Source of the DNA: Podarcis cretensis
Taxonomy: Eukaryota
Length of the DNA: 64,000 bases
Assembly (NCBI GenBank): GCA_951804945.1
Contig: OX638149.1
Coordinates: forward strand, 67,394,001-67,458,000
Direction of reading: 5' to 3'
Below are positions 1 through 14,365 of this stretch, in pieces (the first letter of the stretch is position 1; each line of letters starts with the position of its first letter). A model generated the notes under the pieces. It made no database searches and was not told the DNA's origin. It saw only the letters and a list, made by a program, of their open reading frames with translations. A program made the translations under genes and the position numbers.

Positions 1-312
1 TCATGTGTTGAAGCAATCTGTCTTGCTAATCACCGATATTGATTGAAATAGAAATAACATTTTTGGTAATACATTCATTTTTATAGTCGACACTCTACCC
101 AACAATGAAAGTTTCATCCTGCCCCATATTTGCAAATTTCTTTCAATATCTTCTCAAGTTTTAAAATAAATATCTTTGAACAAGTTTGTATTTTGCGGTT
201 AACCATGCACCTAAATATTTAATATTTCTTTCAATCTTTAAACCTGATATATCTTGTAGTTTATTTTTACTATCACCATTCATATTTTTTACCAAGAGTT
301 TGGTTTTGTCTC
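1..312 (-). mobile_element. L1/Tx1-clade LINE ORF2 fragment, decayed
   Basis: Minus-strand peptides NRDKTKLL…IKYLGAWLT and KLSLLGRVSTIKMNVLPKMLFLFQ are typical of the end of the L1-clade RT and the region after it; stops and frameshifts present. Confidence 0.8.
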
Positions 313-314
313 TA

Positions 315-560
315 TTATTATTATTATTAATTAATATTATTATTAATAATTTTTTATTTATACCCTGCCCTCCCCAGCCAAGGTCGGGCTCAGAGCAGCT
401 TACAAGCAATAATAAAAACAAGATGAATGATTACAACTTAAAAACAAAAATAAAATACAACATTAAAATAATGGAACATTAAAATATAAAAATGTAGCCT
501 CATCGCAGGAGGAGAAGGAAAAGAAAAAAGAAAGGGAGGGAGGGAATCAAATTGGCTCCT
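315..560 (-). mobile_element. LINE 3' terminus (L2-like) with TTA/TAA-repeat tail
   Basis: tttatttataccctgccctccccagccaaggtcgggctcagagcagcttaca, shared with 18055-18175 and 34713-34940. Confidence 0.65.
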
Positions 561-797
561 GCTATGGTTAAAACTTTTGAAGGCCTTTAGATTATTGTTC
601 AACAACAACAGATTTATGACCCAGAACAATAAAGGCAAATATGTGATTTGCTGTGTATTGAAAGATAATTTGAGACAGGTGTTTAAATTTGATCAATACA
701 AATTATTTATTCATTGCTTTTGGTTCTCCACTCAGCACAATTAAAAAGTTAAAAATAGAATTCTTTTTCTCATATCATTGTACAGCAGGAATAAAAA

Positions 798-993
798 NNN
801 NNNNNNNNNNNNNNNNNNNNNNNNNNNNNNNNNNNNNNNNNNNNNNNNNNNNNNNNNNNNNNNNNNNNNNNNNNNNNNNNNNNNNNNNNNNNNNNNNNNN
901 NNNNNNNNNNNNNNNNNNNNNNNNNNNNNNNNNNNNNNNNNNNNNNNNNNNNNNNNNNNNNNNNNNNNNNNNNNNNNNNNNNNNNNNNNNNNN
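798..993. other. Assembly gap (196 N)
   Basis: Run of N. Confidence 1.
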
Positions 994-2559
994 TTTCCTA
1001 AGGGAGCCTGTAATCTGTGCTTCAGGAGGGGGTTAGGATGGATTCCACTGGCTCTGCCAGTGATGGTGGTGGGGCGGTTGGAGCAGAAGTATCTTCACAA
1101 GCTGAAGATTCAGGGCATGTGGGAGTTACTACCAGTGATGTTTCTGCTGGAAGCATCTGGCACAAGGCTCGAAAATGAGGTGTTTTAGGGATGGAGCAAG
1201 TCCAGCCAGGATCTGCTGGATCCTAAGTTAGTCCATTGCCAGGTAACCGGCTCAGTCTGAACCTTTCAGCTGTGCCAAGTTGATGCCAAGAGAGAAATGT
1301 TCCCCATCTGCCCTTACCAGCAGGAGCCAGCGGGGTTTCAGATGGCTCTGCCACTCCAGTAATTCCTGGCACCTGGTGACCTTGGGTTTAGATTCCTTTG
1401 CCTGGATTGTGGCCAATGATTTCATTCCCTTCACAGAAGGCTCCTTAATCCAGTGGAGGCTTCTGTAAATGGAAGGGGGAGCAAAGGCGATTTTTGCAAA
1501 TTCCCATTTTCCCTGCAGTTCCACAAAAATCTGCTTGGGGTGGGGAGAAGGAGAGAACAGCTTGGAACAAAACAGAATGTTGCATGGGGAAAAGATGAAA
1601 CTTCGGAAAATAGCTTCTCATCCCTTTCTATTCATGAATGTTTCTGCTGGATCGAAAAAACATTCTGTGAATGGAAGGATAGAAGCAACCATTTCCTTAA
1701 GATTTCATGGCAGAGCAGCCAGCACATCCATAGCCCTGATGGTTCGCAGTGGTAGGGTTTTTTTTGTGTCTACTAGGACATAAATAACTATGGATTAACC
1801 CCATGGATGCTGTCATTTCAGGCCAATTTTGTAGGTAAGTTGGAGAAACAACATGCCTTGGAACAACTTCAGGAGATCAGGGGACATAAGTATCACCTCG
1901 CCTGTGGGTCTTCTTCTCAACTGTTCTCAACAGGCTGTAGGATTGCTGCCTGAGACTTTTTTTTCAGCAACACTGTGAGATTTAAAGTTCGGTTTTTCAT
2001 CACATGTAAACAATTATTTTACTGAAGCGGCAGTCCTAAGCACCCTTACTGGGGATCAAGTTCACCAAACTCAGTTAGATATACTATTGAGAACTGTACT
2101 TCCGTTATCAGTAATATATACACTGTATATATTCAGGACAATATTGTGGTGAACTGGAGGCTCCTGTTCCTTGGCTTTGAGTTCTTTGTGTTCCTGAATC
2201 ATATGTTCTGGTATTGTTAATTATATCTGCCCTTCATTTTGAGTAGTTTCTACTCAAGGGACAAGCTTAGTATAGAACCTCTTAGAGACATTTCATATAA
2301 TACATTATTTTTTTCGTGCCAGTGCAGCAGCAGCAGCAAGTGCAGAAATAGCTTCCTGAATTTTATTGATTACTTATTTACAGAACTGTTCTCTGGGCAG
2401 CAGAAAGAATAAGATACAATATTAAAATTCAGCAGTATTTTTAGCCCGGATTATTAAATGAAACACAACTCAGACATGGATAGCCCACACGTGTACATGT
2501 TTTGAAAAGCACAGATTATTTTAAATTTATTTAAAATTCTTGGCACCAAAAATATTATA

Positions 2560-2640
2560 GGGAAAGGCAGCAAGCCAGCCTCTCTGGGGAGACTATTCCT
2601 TAGCTGGGGTGTTACCACTGATAAGGGATTCCTCCTGAGT
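2560..2640 (-). mobile_element. L2 LINE ORF2 C-terminal remnant
   Basis: Minus peptide LSVVTPQLRNSLPREA resembles the L2 motif FSVxAPxLWNSLPxE. Confidence 0.55.
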
Positions 2641-5193
2641 GGGGGGGGGGGGGGACACCAAGCTATCTGTATAAGGCCCAACTTTATTCAGAACTCCTTC
2701 CAAAGTGAGGCGGGGATGCCCACTTTGCCTGCTTACCTCAGCAATTTGTGTGCAGGTTGTACCAAGGAATGCTGGGTGCACTGGCTCAGAACCTTTTAGA
2801 AAGTAATTGCTTTGATGTATCTCAGATCCCCTTACACCTGGACTACAAGAGTAAATGAAATATGATTGGGGGCAGGTTAACCTACTTCTTAGAGTTAACC
2901 TCCCCTTAGACTCAACCTCTGTGTTCATTGTTTGGAGCCTGATTGTACAAACAGAACCTTCAATAATGGACTGGGTTCACATGGCTGACCCTCTTGTTAA
3001 ATTGGTTGGTGGGTTGAAACCATCTCCGTGTCTGAATTGCTGCTGGAGCTGGACTGCATGTCAGAAGCTTCCAGAAGGAGTTTGAACAAGAGGATGCTGA
3101 CTTAAAGCAGATGTAACCAACCCTTTTTGGACCAGTGGGCTCATTTGGAATTCTGAGACAGTGTGGTGGGGGGCCAGGCAAAAAATGGATGTCACGAGAA
3201 CATAGTATAACACAAAATGGTTGCCACATATAAAGAAACAGAAAGAGAGAAAAGGTAACAAAATGGTACAGGCTGCCCCCTCATCATCCACCCCCCAGTG
3301 AATGGAAAATGCCATAGGAGGTTCTGGTGGGCACATTGGCACCCATGGGTACGATGCTGGTTATCTCTGATTTAAGATCTGTTCTCTCATAAAATTGCTT
3401 TACCGCAAGCAAAGCAACAATCAACTCCAGTCCAGTTTCTAAGTGGGACCTTAAGTCAGTCTTGCCTATTGTGAAGTCAAGTTTCCTAGGATTTATTTGT
3501 GTTGGGATACTGACCTTGGTCGAAACCAGGGAACTGGTAAGAAGACAAAAAACAAGTATTTAGCAAAAGAATGAATATGGTGACTTTTGCTATTGACTTC
3601 TTCCCATCACTTATCACCCTCTGTGGGCTTAATAGTATTTCCTCACAGGAATTTTAGAATGATTGATTTCACATGTGGAAAAGGTCTAATGTGCTGTGAA
3701 ATGCAATAGCCTAATACTGAGATAATTAATTATAAGGCATTTAATCTTTGGATTCATGCAAATGATTGTATAACTGGTGGTTCTTCTAATTTGTTCAGTC
3801 TCTGCTTCAGGTCTAAGAACTGAATCAGAGAAAGAAACTAGAACAGTAAGGTGGTAATTATAGACAAGCAGCTCTATCATTATATTTCCAGTTTAATTTT
3901 TTTTTTTTTTTTACCATGAAACCTGAAGGTTTCATTTCTTTGTTTCCCAAAGAGTGTACCTGGTATCTTTCCTGAATTCATAACTGTTATTAACTAAACG
4001 GTGAATTGGCTTATGAAAATTGCCTAAAACAGGATAGCTTTATTATCCACTTTCTGAGGCTCAACACTCCCCCCCTTATAATTGAAATTCTGGGGAAAGA
4101 TGAAGCCACACAGTGGAATTTGAGTTCCCATATTCACATCCTTTCTTACTGTAGGTATGAATCTTTCATTGATACCATTCAGCAGTGTGCATGCTACTAT
4201 TTTTGAGTTCTGAAGCACGGTTTTGGAGGCTGTACACTTCCAGAATAGCTGGAACCTGCTGGTTTACCTGTTCTAAATGGGATATTCGTTTAGAGTGAAA
4301 GCTGTTGTGCTTTAAATATTTGACTCTAGGATGAGGGCATAGGTCAGTAGCAAAATGCATGCTTTCTCTACTGGAGGTTCTAATTCTGTAGAATCTCTCC
4401 TTAAAATGATTTAGTGTACATGTGCTGTTTTTCCTTGAGTCCTTGGAATGCCTCTGTCAGAGCAGTTAGTACCGAAATAGATGGATCAATTCTCTGGAAA
4501 AGTGTAAGAAACTCTTACAGGAGTCTGGAATTCTTATAGGAATCACACAACCCTCCCCCCTTTTTAATACTAAAACCTATTGCCTCTTGGAGATAGAAGG
4601 TATGATCCAGCCAAAGTTCAGTACTTAGTCCCATTGGTACTAATTGTATATTCCAAAACCTAACCATATAGACTTTAAACAAGTTGTGTAATACATTAAT
4701 CTTACATTTCAGGGTTATGTTTTGTTTTTTATATATAAAAAAGATGTTTTAATATTTTTATGGTATTGCTGCTCTATATTTTGTAAGCTCCTTTTTATAT
4801 TCAGATAGAACAGGCTAGAAGTTGTCAACAAATGAATAGAATGTCTAATTCAAAGATCATGTACTGGATTGTTTTAAACATGTTTAAAATACATAATGCT
4901 TGTTAGAGTTTGGAGTGTGGGTTTGTTCTTGTATGTCACAGGCCATCCCCAAGGGTTAATGGCTAGCATCCCTTGAGATACATGGAAGGGCCAGTGAGGA
5001 TTTTAATAACCCCTCTTAAAATGGTCCATTTTGAAGCAGTAGATTTGATGGTTGTACTAATGAAGTCCAACAAGATGCATGGAAACAGTAGCACTTGTAA
5101 AAGTGATTGCTCCTCTGCCCCATATTGGATGGCACTCACTCTAAGCTTGTCACTCAGCATTGATCTTCTTACTATGTTCTCCCTTACCTGACA

Positions 5194-5221
5194 CTCTCTC
5201 TCTCTCTCTCTCTCTCTCTCT
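5194..5221. repeat. (CT)n microsatellite
   Basis: Direct reading. Confidence 0.95.
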
Positions 5222-6569
5222 AGTATGCTTATGTGGTCATGTTGATACTGTTATCCATTCAAGCAAACTGAAGTGCCTTGTGGGATTGTGCACCTGAGAT
5301 TATATTTTCAGGATCCCACCCTTTTCTGATTGTATTTTTTAATTGTTTCACAATTGTATTTTATGTAATGCCCCCCGACTTTAGGTTGAAGTGCAGTTAA
5401 TTATTTATTCATTTATTTATTTATTTATTAATAATAATAGTGTGCAAGGGTCAGGAAGCACTTAAAACTGGTGCCATGATCTCCTTTATTATTTTACATG
5501 TTTAGCATCATTATCGATTCCTATTCTACCCAACAGTTTCATCTAATACGGCAGCGCTCCCATCTACTCCTTTAATTTAAAAATTCTTTCCTTGGTAAAT
5601 GTTTCTTTCAGCTCCATATGGAGCAGACAGATGCAGGAACATCCTGATGGGAACAGTTTGTTCTGTATTTATCTAGAATTTTAAGCATTGAGAAAAACAA
5701 AGCAAAAGGAGATCAGTGTGTCTTTGCACCTTCCCGGAAAACATTGTCAAGCTTCAATAGGTGCCCAGTAGCCCACTCACGAAATGTTTACTAATTTAAT
5801 TGCATTCTTGTGGAATGACATAATGGGTACTATTTCCCAAAGCATCTTCTTTAGAGGAGAGCTATATCAGGCAATTCAGTAAATAAAAGGAGATGTTGTC
5901 ATTTGTGGATGAATGATTGGTGACACATTCTTGACATTTGTTATAAATAATAAAAAAAAGAGTGGCATTTCTGACACATTTTGTAAAGTGTCATGTTTGT
6001 AGCAGTTTTTATTGCTTCCTTTAAAAAAGAAGAAAAGCCCAGATTATTAGAGACTGCTTGAATCAGTGACCCGTAATACGTTGCCGGAGCATGTGTGAAC
6101 TGTTTTTTATTCCACCATTTACTTCACCAGATGGGATGGAAAGCTACAGATTGTTCTCTGCCCCTGAATTCTGGCACAAATCCTGTTTACATGAGTATCC
6201 TTTATGTGATAAGGACAACACAAATTGACCTTTTCAGTGGAATTTTTGTGTTGCACCATGTGAAAGCTCTAGATGTTCCTTGATGAGATGTAGGTTGAAA
6301 CTAGCTCATAACTTAGCTACCTCTTAAGACACTACACACACTACAGATTTTAAACCAGTTTAAAATTGGTTTTCATATCATGTTTCCCCCAAAGGGCTGT
6401 AAGAATTACAGCTTTCTGAGAGACCCAGGGACTATTATTTGAGACCTCCCAATCTAAGGTTTCTTTATAGTGTAATGTGATGCACATAGGGGGAAGATAT
6501 CCCAATTTCACATGTTCACTGACGAGGTCTAATCTGGCAATGACTGATCAGGAAATAAAATCTTGTAGC

Positions 6570-7280
6570 TATGGTGGATAGCTCGATGAAAAATGGGCCA
6601 AGTGTGCAGCAGCTGCAAAAAAGGAATTAAAATAAATAAATAAAATAAAGTTCCAGTTTGAATACTTCCTGGAATTTTGGCACTCCATCTCAGAAGGGTG
6701 TCTTAAAGCTGACGAAGGTGCAGAAAAGGGCTGCCAAAATTATTTTGTAGGCTGAAGGGTCTGGAGCATTTTCTCAGTAAGGAAAGGCTACAATATTTGG
6801 GGCTTTTAAGTTCAGAAGGAAGATGACTAATGGGAGACGTGATAGAAATGTGGTGTTGAGAAAGTGGATTGTGAGAAACTTTTCTTTCTCAGGGATCATC
6901 CAACTCAGGGGGGGTCATCTAACAAAGAAGATTAGCAGGAGATTCAAAACAAAACAAAGTACAGTACTTTCCCCTCATAACACATTATTTATGGAGTTTA
7001 TTAGCACAAGGTAAATGATGACCTCTAGTTTAGATGGTGTTAAAAGGTTAGACAAATTTATGGAGTTTAAGACTATCAATGCCTATGAGTCATGATAGCT
7101 ATATGCAACCTTCAGCTTCAGAGAAAGTATGTTTCCAAATACTAGTTGCTAGTGAGCAACAATGGCTATTTTCCTCATGGCCTGCTTGTAGACTTTCGAA
7201 ATTGGTTGGCGATTGTGGGGAATAAGGAAGGTGGACTCAGTGGTTGTTCTGACTCAGAAGAGCTTCTTATATTATTAGAA
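6570..7280 (+). mobile_element. CR1 LINE 3' fragment, decayed
   Basis: Degenerate CR1 ORF2 C-terminal motifs (EYxxxFWxxH, KVQKRAAKII, GLEH…ERLQYLGLLS…GDVIE) followed by 3' UTR-like sequence. Confidence 0.75.
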
Positions 7281-8623
7281 CTATAGCTGCATGTTCTTCT
7301 TACTGTTAATACTTATCTAATTAAGAGTAAAACATGAACAGGAAATATTATTGCACGTCATGCGTGATATGGACACATTCTAGGCAGCCATTGTCCTTAC
7401 GTGGGTGTTTCAATGGGGCTACGTTTTATTAAATACAGAACATAAAGAGAGGAGGAGGGAGACTCAAATAGATCATCAAGCCTCACACCCCTTTGCTCCT
7501 CACCTGGCTGCAAATGACCTTTCCAGCTGGCTGTTGGAACAGGTTATCCAGATGTCAGACAGCTTAAAAATATTTGGCTAGAAACATTAATCTTAATTAT
7601 CTTGTGCTACCCATGTATAGTGTTCTTTTTATGAAATTTAATGGCAATTTCAGGGAGATTTTGAAGTCCTGGAGATGATTTCATAATGGACTATGTGGAC
7701 TCATAAAGTGAAATTCTTGATCAGTTTTTTTGTGTGTGTGTGCTATGGTGAGAAATAGAATAGAGAGAAAAGTAATAACTGAGCTTTCTGCTCTCTGTGG
7801 AAATGGACTGATTAATGAGAAGAGGTCTAAAAGGAAAAGAATACTGAAATGTTTGTCTCCAGGACCAGGCAAAATGCCTGACCTTGATTTCAGTGATGGC
7901 ATTTGTGATGGTATTGATTTTAACAGTAATAATAAATATGCCACAGGAAGCAGATGGATGAAATTATACCAAAGCTCGGTAGTATGATAAATATTTCTTC
8001 AGTGGAAAGTAGGCACAGAAGTGAGAACAAATAATTTATCAGGATATCAGTAGGAAGGAAGTACATTTTGTGGAAGTACATCAGTACTATGTACTAATAT
8101 TGCACGTAGACATATTTGAGAAGAGCTAGCTGGATCTAGCATCTCCTTTCAAACATCAGGTTCAGCCTGTAATAAAGAATATCTTCTTCATCTCCAGATT
8201 TTATGGGTGCATTATAAATGATATTTTTAGTATGTACCTGTTCTGTATGTTCTAAAAATGGAATGTGTAGTACTTATAATAAAACGTTGCATACTAGCTT
8301 TTTTTAATATAGCTACATCTTGCAGGATCCTCCTGATTCACCAGTTTCTTTCAGTTAGTCACAGACATATCCAACATACACTATTATTTTCCAGAGAGCC
8401 CCTTAACCTACTAGAGCAGATTTTTCAGGGCACTTCAGAGGAGAAGGGGTGGCAAGAAAGCCCCATTTTCTTCCCACAAGCCATTTTTATCTAGGTAAGG
8501 ATTACTTATGACAACAAAGCCCCACTGTGGGGGGAAAAAGAGGTTGGGGACAAGTGATTTTTTTAAAGGGAGAAGATATGAATATAGGACACAGTTCATA
8601 TTCTGCATGTCAGCTCACCCATA

Positions 8624-8849
8624 CAGTGGTACCTCGGGTTACATACGCTTCAGGTTACAGACTCCGCTAACCCAGAAATAGTGCTTCAGGTTAAGAACTT
8701 TGCGTCAGGATGATAACTGAAATCGTGCTCCGGCGGTGCGGCAGCAGCAGGAGGCCCCATTAGCTAAAGTGGTGCTTCAGGTTAACAACAGTTTCAGGTT
8801 AAGTACGGACCTCCGGAACGAATTATGTACTTAACCCGAGGTACCACTG
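8624..8849. mobile_element. Tc1/mariner (pogo/Tigger-like) MITE
   Basis: TIRs CAGTGGTACCTCGGGTTA / TAACCCGAGGTACCACTG; TA on both sides. Confidence 0.92.
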
Positions 8850-9824
8850 TACTGCACTTGTGCTTTCTGGGAAATTGAAGGCAATGTGATTGTGACAAGT
8901 GGGTCTGTTGCCATCACATCTAGTTTGTTTCTGAAGTTAATTGGAAGAAATGAGAGAACACTCTTTAGCAAAAGCATGAAGGATAGTGATTTATGGGCTC
9001 ATCCGCACTTTTGTTTGCCCCACTGCTTTCCCCCAGGAAAACCTGGGGTTTAGTGCTGAATTGAAACAAACATCAACTGAGTTTTCTGGAGATTGCCATT
9101 GGTTCCAATTTATTTTTAAAGAGAGGGTTTCCCAGGGTAAAAGCAAAATTACTTGGACCTGTGCCTAGAAAGCACCAGAATAGCAGAAAGGCACTTGGAC
9201 CCATGATTTTTAAGCACTGGACAAGTGGAATTGTGGTTGGAATTGTTTGCAATTGAAAAAGCTGCAAAGATGTATTCAGCATCTCAAATCAGTTAAATCT
9301 CATAATAAATATGTTACTGGCTTTCTTTACATACCCCACTCCAACCCCCTTTCCTTTCCTTTCCTTTCATGCAGCGATCTTCTGTTTTGAGTAGCTCTGT
9401 ATTCTGCTGTAGTTTTTCTAAATGCATCTAACAGCTAATTTTTCTCCAAAATTCATCTGGAAATTTGGAATGCTTTATACAATAATACACACCAAAATAT
9501 AGTAAGCCAAGTGCAATGAGATCCATTTACAGTATAAGGTACAGTAAATGTTCCTCCTCTACTAGTGAAGCATTTCAAAGCAACTAGACATTATGGCACA
9601 TGAAGGGCTACCACTGAAAGCAGCAGCCTGGTCTGTTATACTCTGTAACATTTGGTACTACAGAATGTAATATGTGGAACAGCATCACATGGGTTCTTTG
9701 GCTGGCCCCATCTATTTTTAAATGAGTTCTTCAGGCTGTTTTATTTTAGTGGCCATTTTTTTTTGTACTTAGAGCATATGATAATGTGTTTTGTTGGTTG
9801 ATTGTTGGGTTATCTCTTACAATA

Positions 9825-10061
9825 CAGTGGTACCTCGGTTTACGAACTTAATCCGTTCCGGAAGTCCGTTCTTAAACTGAAACCATTCTTAAACTTAGGC
9901 GCGCTTTCCCTAATGAGGCCTCCCACCGCCGGTGCCCTTCCACAGGCTTCTGTTCTTAGACTGAGGTAAAGTTCGCAAACCAGGACACTACTTCTGATTT
10001 TGCGGAGTTCGTAAACCAAATAGTTCGTAAACAGAGCTGTTCTTAAACCGAGGTACCACTG
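9825..10061. mobile_element. Tc1/mariner MITE, related subfamily, inverted relative to the 8624 copy
   Basis: TIRs CAGTGGTACCTCGGTTTA / TAAACCGAGGTACCACTG; TA TSD. Confidence 0.92.
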
Positions 10062-10172
10062 TACTGCTGTTGCTGGGCATTTGTGTACTTTTCTCATGAT
10101 GTTAATCTCTTGCAGCAAAAACAATTGGATTCTGTAGCACATTAAAGACTATAACAAATTTATTATGAGATG

Positions 10173-10215
<43 letters not shown>
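10173..10215. repeat. (TAA)n microsatellite
   Basis: Direct reading. Confidence 0.95.
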
Positions 10216-10217
<2 letters not shown>

Positions 10218-13200
10218 GGACTCAAGTTCACCTCCTTAGATGTATCAAATGATACTTTTGGATCATAATAATGATATTTTAATTTCTTTCTTGATTTATA
10301 TTATGTAGCTGCCTTAAGTGGCCTAGTCATAGAAGGGTGCACTAGAGCAAATAAAAGTTATGTGAGATTATCACTTTAACCCTGGCTTCGCTGCATTGCT
10401 GCTGCCTACAGGCATGGATCAGAGAAGTGTGATTGCTGCTTTTGACAGTAGCCATATGTGCTCTGTAACTTTTAGTTCAAGACTAAGGCTTACTCTCAAC
10501 CAGATATTTAATTGAAAGCAAAAGGCTGAAGGAGAGGGGGAAATCAACAAAATATGTCATTTTCTTCTATTAGCAGAGGCCTATGCCAAAATCAAATGTC
10601 CTGTTGTCACAAGAGCAACTTTGGATGTATTCTATAGTGGAAAGGTCACTGGCAATGCCAACTTAGTGTGCTATGGTGGTGAGGAAAAAGGGAGATTCAT
10701 CTAGCAGCATCCTGAATTGTCTTGTGGGGAGCAGAAAGGCCGTTGCAAGGCTGCCCTTTTAATTCTCGCAATTATCCCCCCAGCTGTGGCTGCATTCCCT
10801 TTTCCACATCCATCCTGAGGGTTTTCCAACCAGCAGGAGAAGCTTTGTAGTGGCACCAGGGCTTCAGAAGAAAGGATGGACTGCGAAAGCCCTACCATGT
10901 GAAAAGACACCCATTTGTGTAACTTTCCATGCTTCTTCTCAGTATTAGGAATTATTTGGCAAGAAGCGAAAAACAAACCAGTCAGTTTTATAGTCCATTA
11001 AACAATGTGGTCACATTTAGAATACTCTGCAGAGTTCTGGTCATTCCATCTGAAAAATGCTTTTAAAAATGGAAACAGTTCATAACGTAATCATTACAAT
11101 GATGAAAGACTGTGGCCTTTTAGGGATGGCTAAACTGTTTAGTGCTTTTTAGTTCAGTTAAGTGCTAGTTACTCCTTGTGCAGAAATAATGTAGGGCCCT
11201 GCTTTAGGGATAGGGTGGCAGGTATTACATACTCCAGCCTCTGTGCTCAAATTCTCACTTGTTCCATCCTTTGAACCAACCTGTAGATAGCAGGAAAAAT
11301 TCATGTGCAGGAGAACAAGAGGAGCAGGGAATGCATAATCCTCCAATCTCTAAATCACTATGTCTGCTTTAGAGCTAACACACGGCAACTCTTAAAATAC
11401 TGAAACTCAGTAGGATAGGAAGATAGGATACACGTAAAGCTATCCTGCTTAGTTTCTCTCTCTCCCATTTTTTTCTATGTATTTATACTTGTAAAGTTCT
11501 TATATGCTTAAGAATCTTAAATCATTAAAAATACTACAATGCAGTCCATTGAAATTTGTTAGCAACCAGTTCAGATCAAACAGAATATGAAGTACTGCTT
11601 CACTCAATGCATAATTAACCTGCAAGAGTCATTAGTAAAAGAGTCATTTTTTTCTGTGTACCCATGGATATATTTCATAGCATTCTATTCAAGAGCAGTG
11701 TAAGGCCATTGCTAATAGCTACAGTCCTTGCACAAATCACTGTATTTATTTTTAGTGAGATCAGATATACTGTTTTTCTCCAAATAATGTTTAGGTTTTC
11801 CTATCGGAAGCCATTGCTTCTCAATCTATTCATTACTTTGTCGATCTGATGAATACAAAATCTCAGTGGTGAGATTCTCCAGCACAAGCATCTTTATATT
11901 GATTTGCTTAAAACCCTACTTAAGGACCCAAAACCTTTGGCACCCGAGGCTCAAAATATAGACAGCCTTTCCCCACATCCTGCTCATGGGATGTGCTTGG
12001 CTCGCCCAAAATTGTTGATCCACATTTTTCTGTGACAAAATGCGCTGTGAATTTGTTCACATTGCATACATCCTAGTAGCCATTTCGCCCGGACAGCAAT
12101 CTTGTGTCTTAAAGAGAGAGAGAGAGAGAAATTCAGCAGGGAAAACTGTTCCCATTGCAGCATCCCAGTGTACTGTACTGCGGGGAGGAGGGCAGGAAGC
12201 ACACTGGGCTCAGCTTTTGACTACTGTGATGGTGCTACAGGAACCCAGACATAAAATAAGCAGGACAATGGTAGTGGCTTCTCCCAGTAATTTGTTACCT
12301 GAGAACATAGAACTCAGCTGCATGCCAAGACTGCTTGTGCTACTTACCAACTTGTATTTTGCAGTCTCTGGTCAAGCTCCTGCTGCTATATTTTCACATG
12401 CTGATCAGTTAGAAGTTTGTTGCATATTTCAGAATATCATAGGAGCATGGGACTTAGGGGTTTGCATTTATTTCAACGAATAAAATCACTCTGAGCTCCG
12501 CAGAATGGATGTCAGATCTACACCGCAATCCTTATTTTTGTAAATCTTAATTTGGCAAACTTTACTCGTCCCTGGCAACATCTTTACCAAGACTTGCTAA
12601 TAACACAGTACTGCAGTTGTCACTTAGTAATTAGGAATGGATTTGGGTATCATCCCACCTATAACTTATTTCCATATACATATCCATCCCTTAGCGACTT
12701 TAATTTCATCAACCAAAGTTGAATTTACACTCATTATTTTGAAGTCATAGGTTTTATGTCTTATCATAATTTTATGTCCTAAGGCACTCCCAGCCAAGAA
12801 AGGCAAATATCTGATAGTTAATTTTTTATTGACATAATCACGCATTTACTAAGTCTGGACCCCAGATCTATGCCCTGCAGAGCAGTAGCAGCAACAGTGA
12901 GACCCCCCCCCCCAACATTTGTGCTCTCATCTGATGGGGTGTGCATGCACAACCCGAGGCTTCTCCTACACAGAACCTGTCACTTCTCTTCCCTCTTAAC
13001 ACTCCTTCTGGTTGACTAGCTTGCCCCTCTCCTGAACAGCCTCTTCCTCCAACACGTCCTGCACATCCATCTCCATCTCTGCTGGCTGTGACCATTCCTC
13101 TCCTCCCCCTTGTTCCTGCCTCATGGCCGTCACCAAACCCCATAAATTGCTGGACCTCTCTCCTTGGTCAATCCCTCAGGCCTCCAGCATCCCCCTGTAC

Positions 13201-14130
13201 ACTTGTCAGAGGCCTGCCAGTCCCTGAGAATTTAGTAAACTTGTACAGTACACAGCCATTCAAATCTCTCTCAAATATCAGCCATGTACTGTATGTGCAA
13301 TTCTGTGCTATCTGCAGTCCTAAGTTTTAATTGGAGCCTGCACAAATGTTTTATTTTGATTCATTTGTTCAGTTATTCAACCTTTCATTTTTGCCAGCAA
13401 CCAGAAACCCCCTTTGTGCTTTTAGTCCTTTCTGCTTTCAGTTGGGATGACTGATTTTATTACTATGTACTGAAAATAGGGTCATGTGAACATTTGCAGT
13501 GATTTTTTAAAAAAGACTGAAGGAGCCAGCATAGTCTTAATGGCGAAATACTGCCTTCGTAGTCCAAACTGTCAAAGTGAATGTTAATGATCTATTATTT
13601 CTCAGTAGCAGAAAGCCTAGTGAGAGTCTCCTAAAATGTCGTTTCCATGTCATTTTTTCGGTGTGATTTATCATAAACCTGCAAAGCGGCAAACTTTTCA
13701 ATTAACTGTTCAGTAAAATAAAAACAGGTCATTAAGATGTCAGCATTAATTGTGACATTTAACCCTTGTCATCTTAAGTGGTGACTGCTGGTTGCAATAA
13801 AATAGAAGTGTAAAAATGTTAGCCTGTATTCTGTTGTGCTGTCTCTAACTGCAGCAATAGTTCTTTTGTTTTCTAAAACCAGAATTATCCTTCATAGTAT
13901 TGATTTCTTTTCCTTTGATAATGATTTTCTTCATTTCAGCAGTTTTGTGATCTTTGTAATATAGATAAGGGGGTCAAATTTATAATGAAATGGAAGCAAA
14001 ATTTAAAACAAACAAACAAACAAGCAAGGAGATTCTGTCCTAGTTCACTATGCCAACCAGATCACCTCAATCTGTATGTTTGTTGACATTCTCAAAGAAC
14101 TCTTAATAGGTTTGTGTTAAAAGTGTAGTA

Positions 14131-14365
14131 CAGTGGTACCTTGGTTTACAACCACAATCTGTTCCAGAGGTACAGTTGTAAACCAAAGCAGGTTGTAACC
14201 CAAGGTGCACTTTCCCCAATGTGGTCTCCCCCTCCCAAATTGGTTGCAACCCCCCCCCAAGGTTGTAATCCAAAAAAAAAAAAAGGGACACGGACTTCCG
14301 GGTTTGATGTGGTTGTAATCCAAAACAGTTGTAATCCAAAGTGGTTGCAAACCAAGGTACCACTG
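14131..14365. mobile_element. Tc1/mariner MITE with internal GGTTGTAA repeats
   Basis: TIRs CAGTGGTACCTTGGTTT / AAACCAAGGTACCACTG; TA TSD in a palindromic tagta/tacta context. Confidence 0.9.

Noticed and set aside
689-1188. ORFs spanning X runs
   Set aside because: Artefacts of the assembly gap.
994-1790. GC-balanced region with several overlapping short ORFs
   Set aside because: No recognisable protein motif or splice structure; probably a decayed repeat I cannot classify.
12040-12483. 147-aa ORF
   Set aside because: Contains a GA microsatellite, has no homology and no supporting splice pattern; likely chance.
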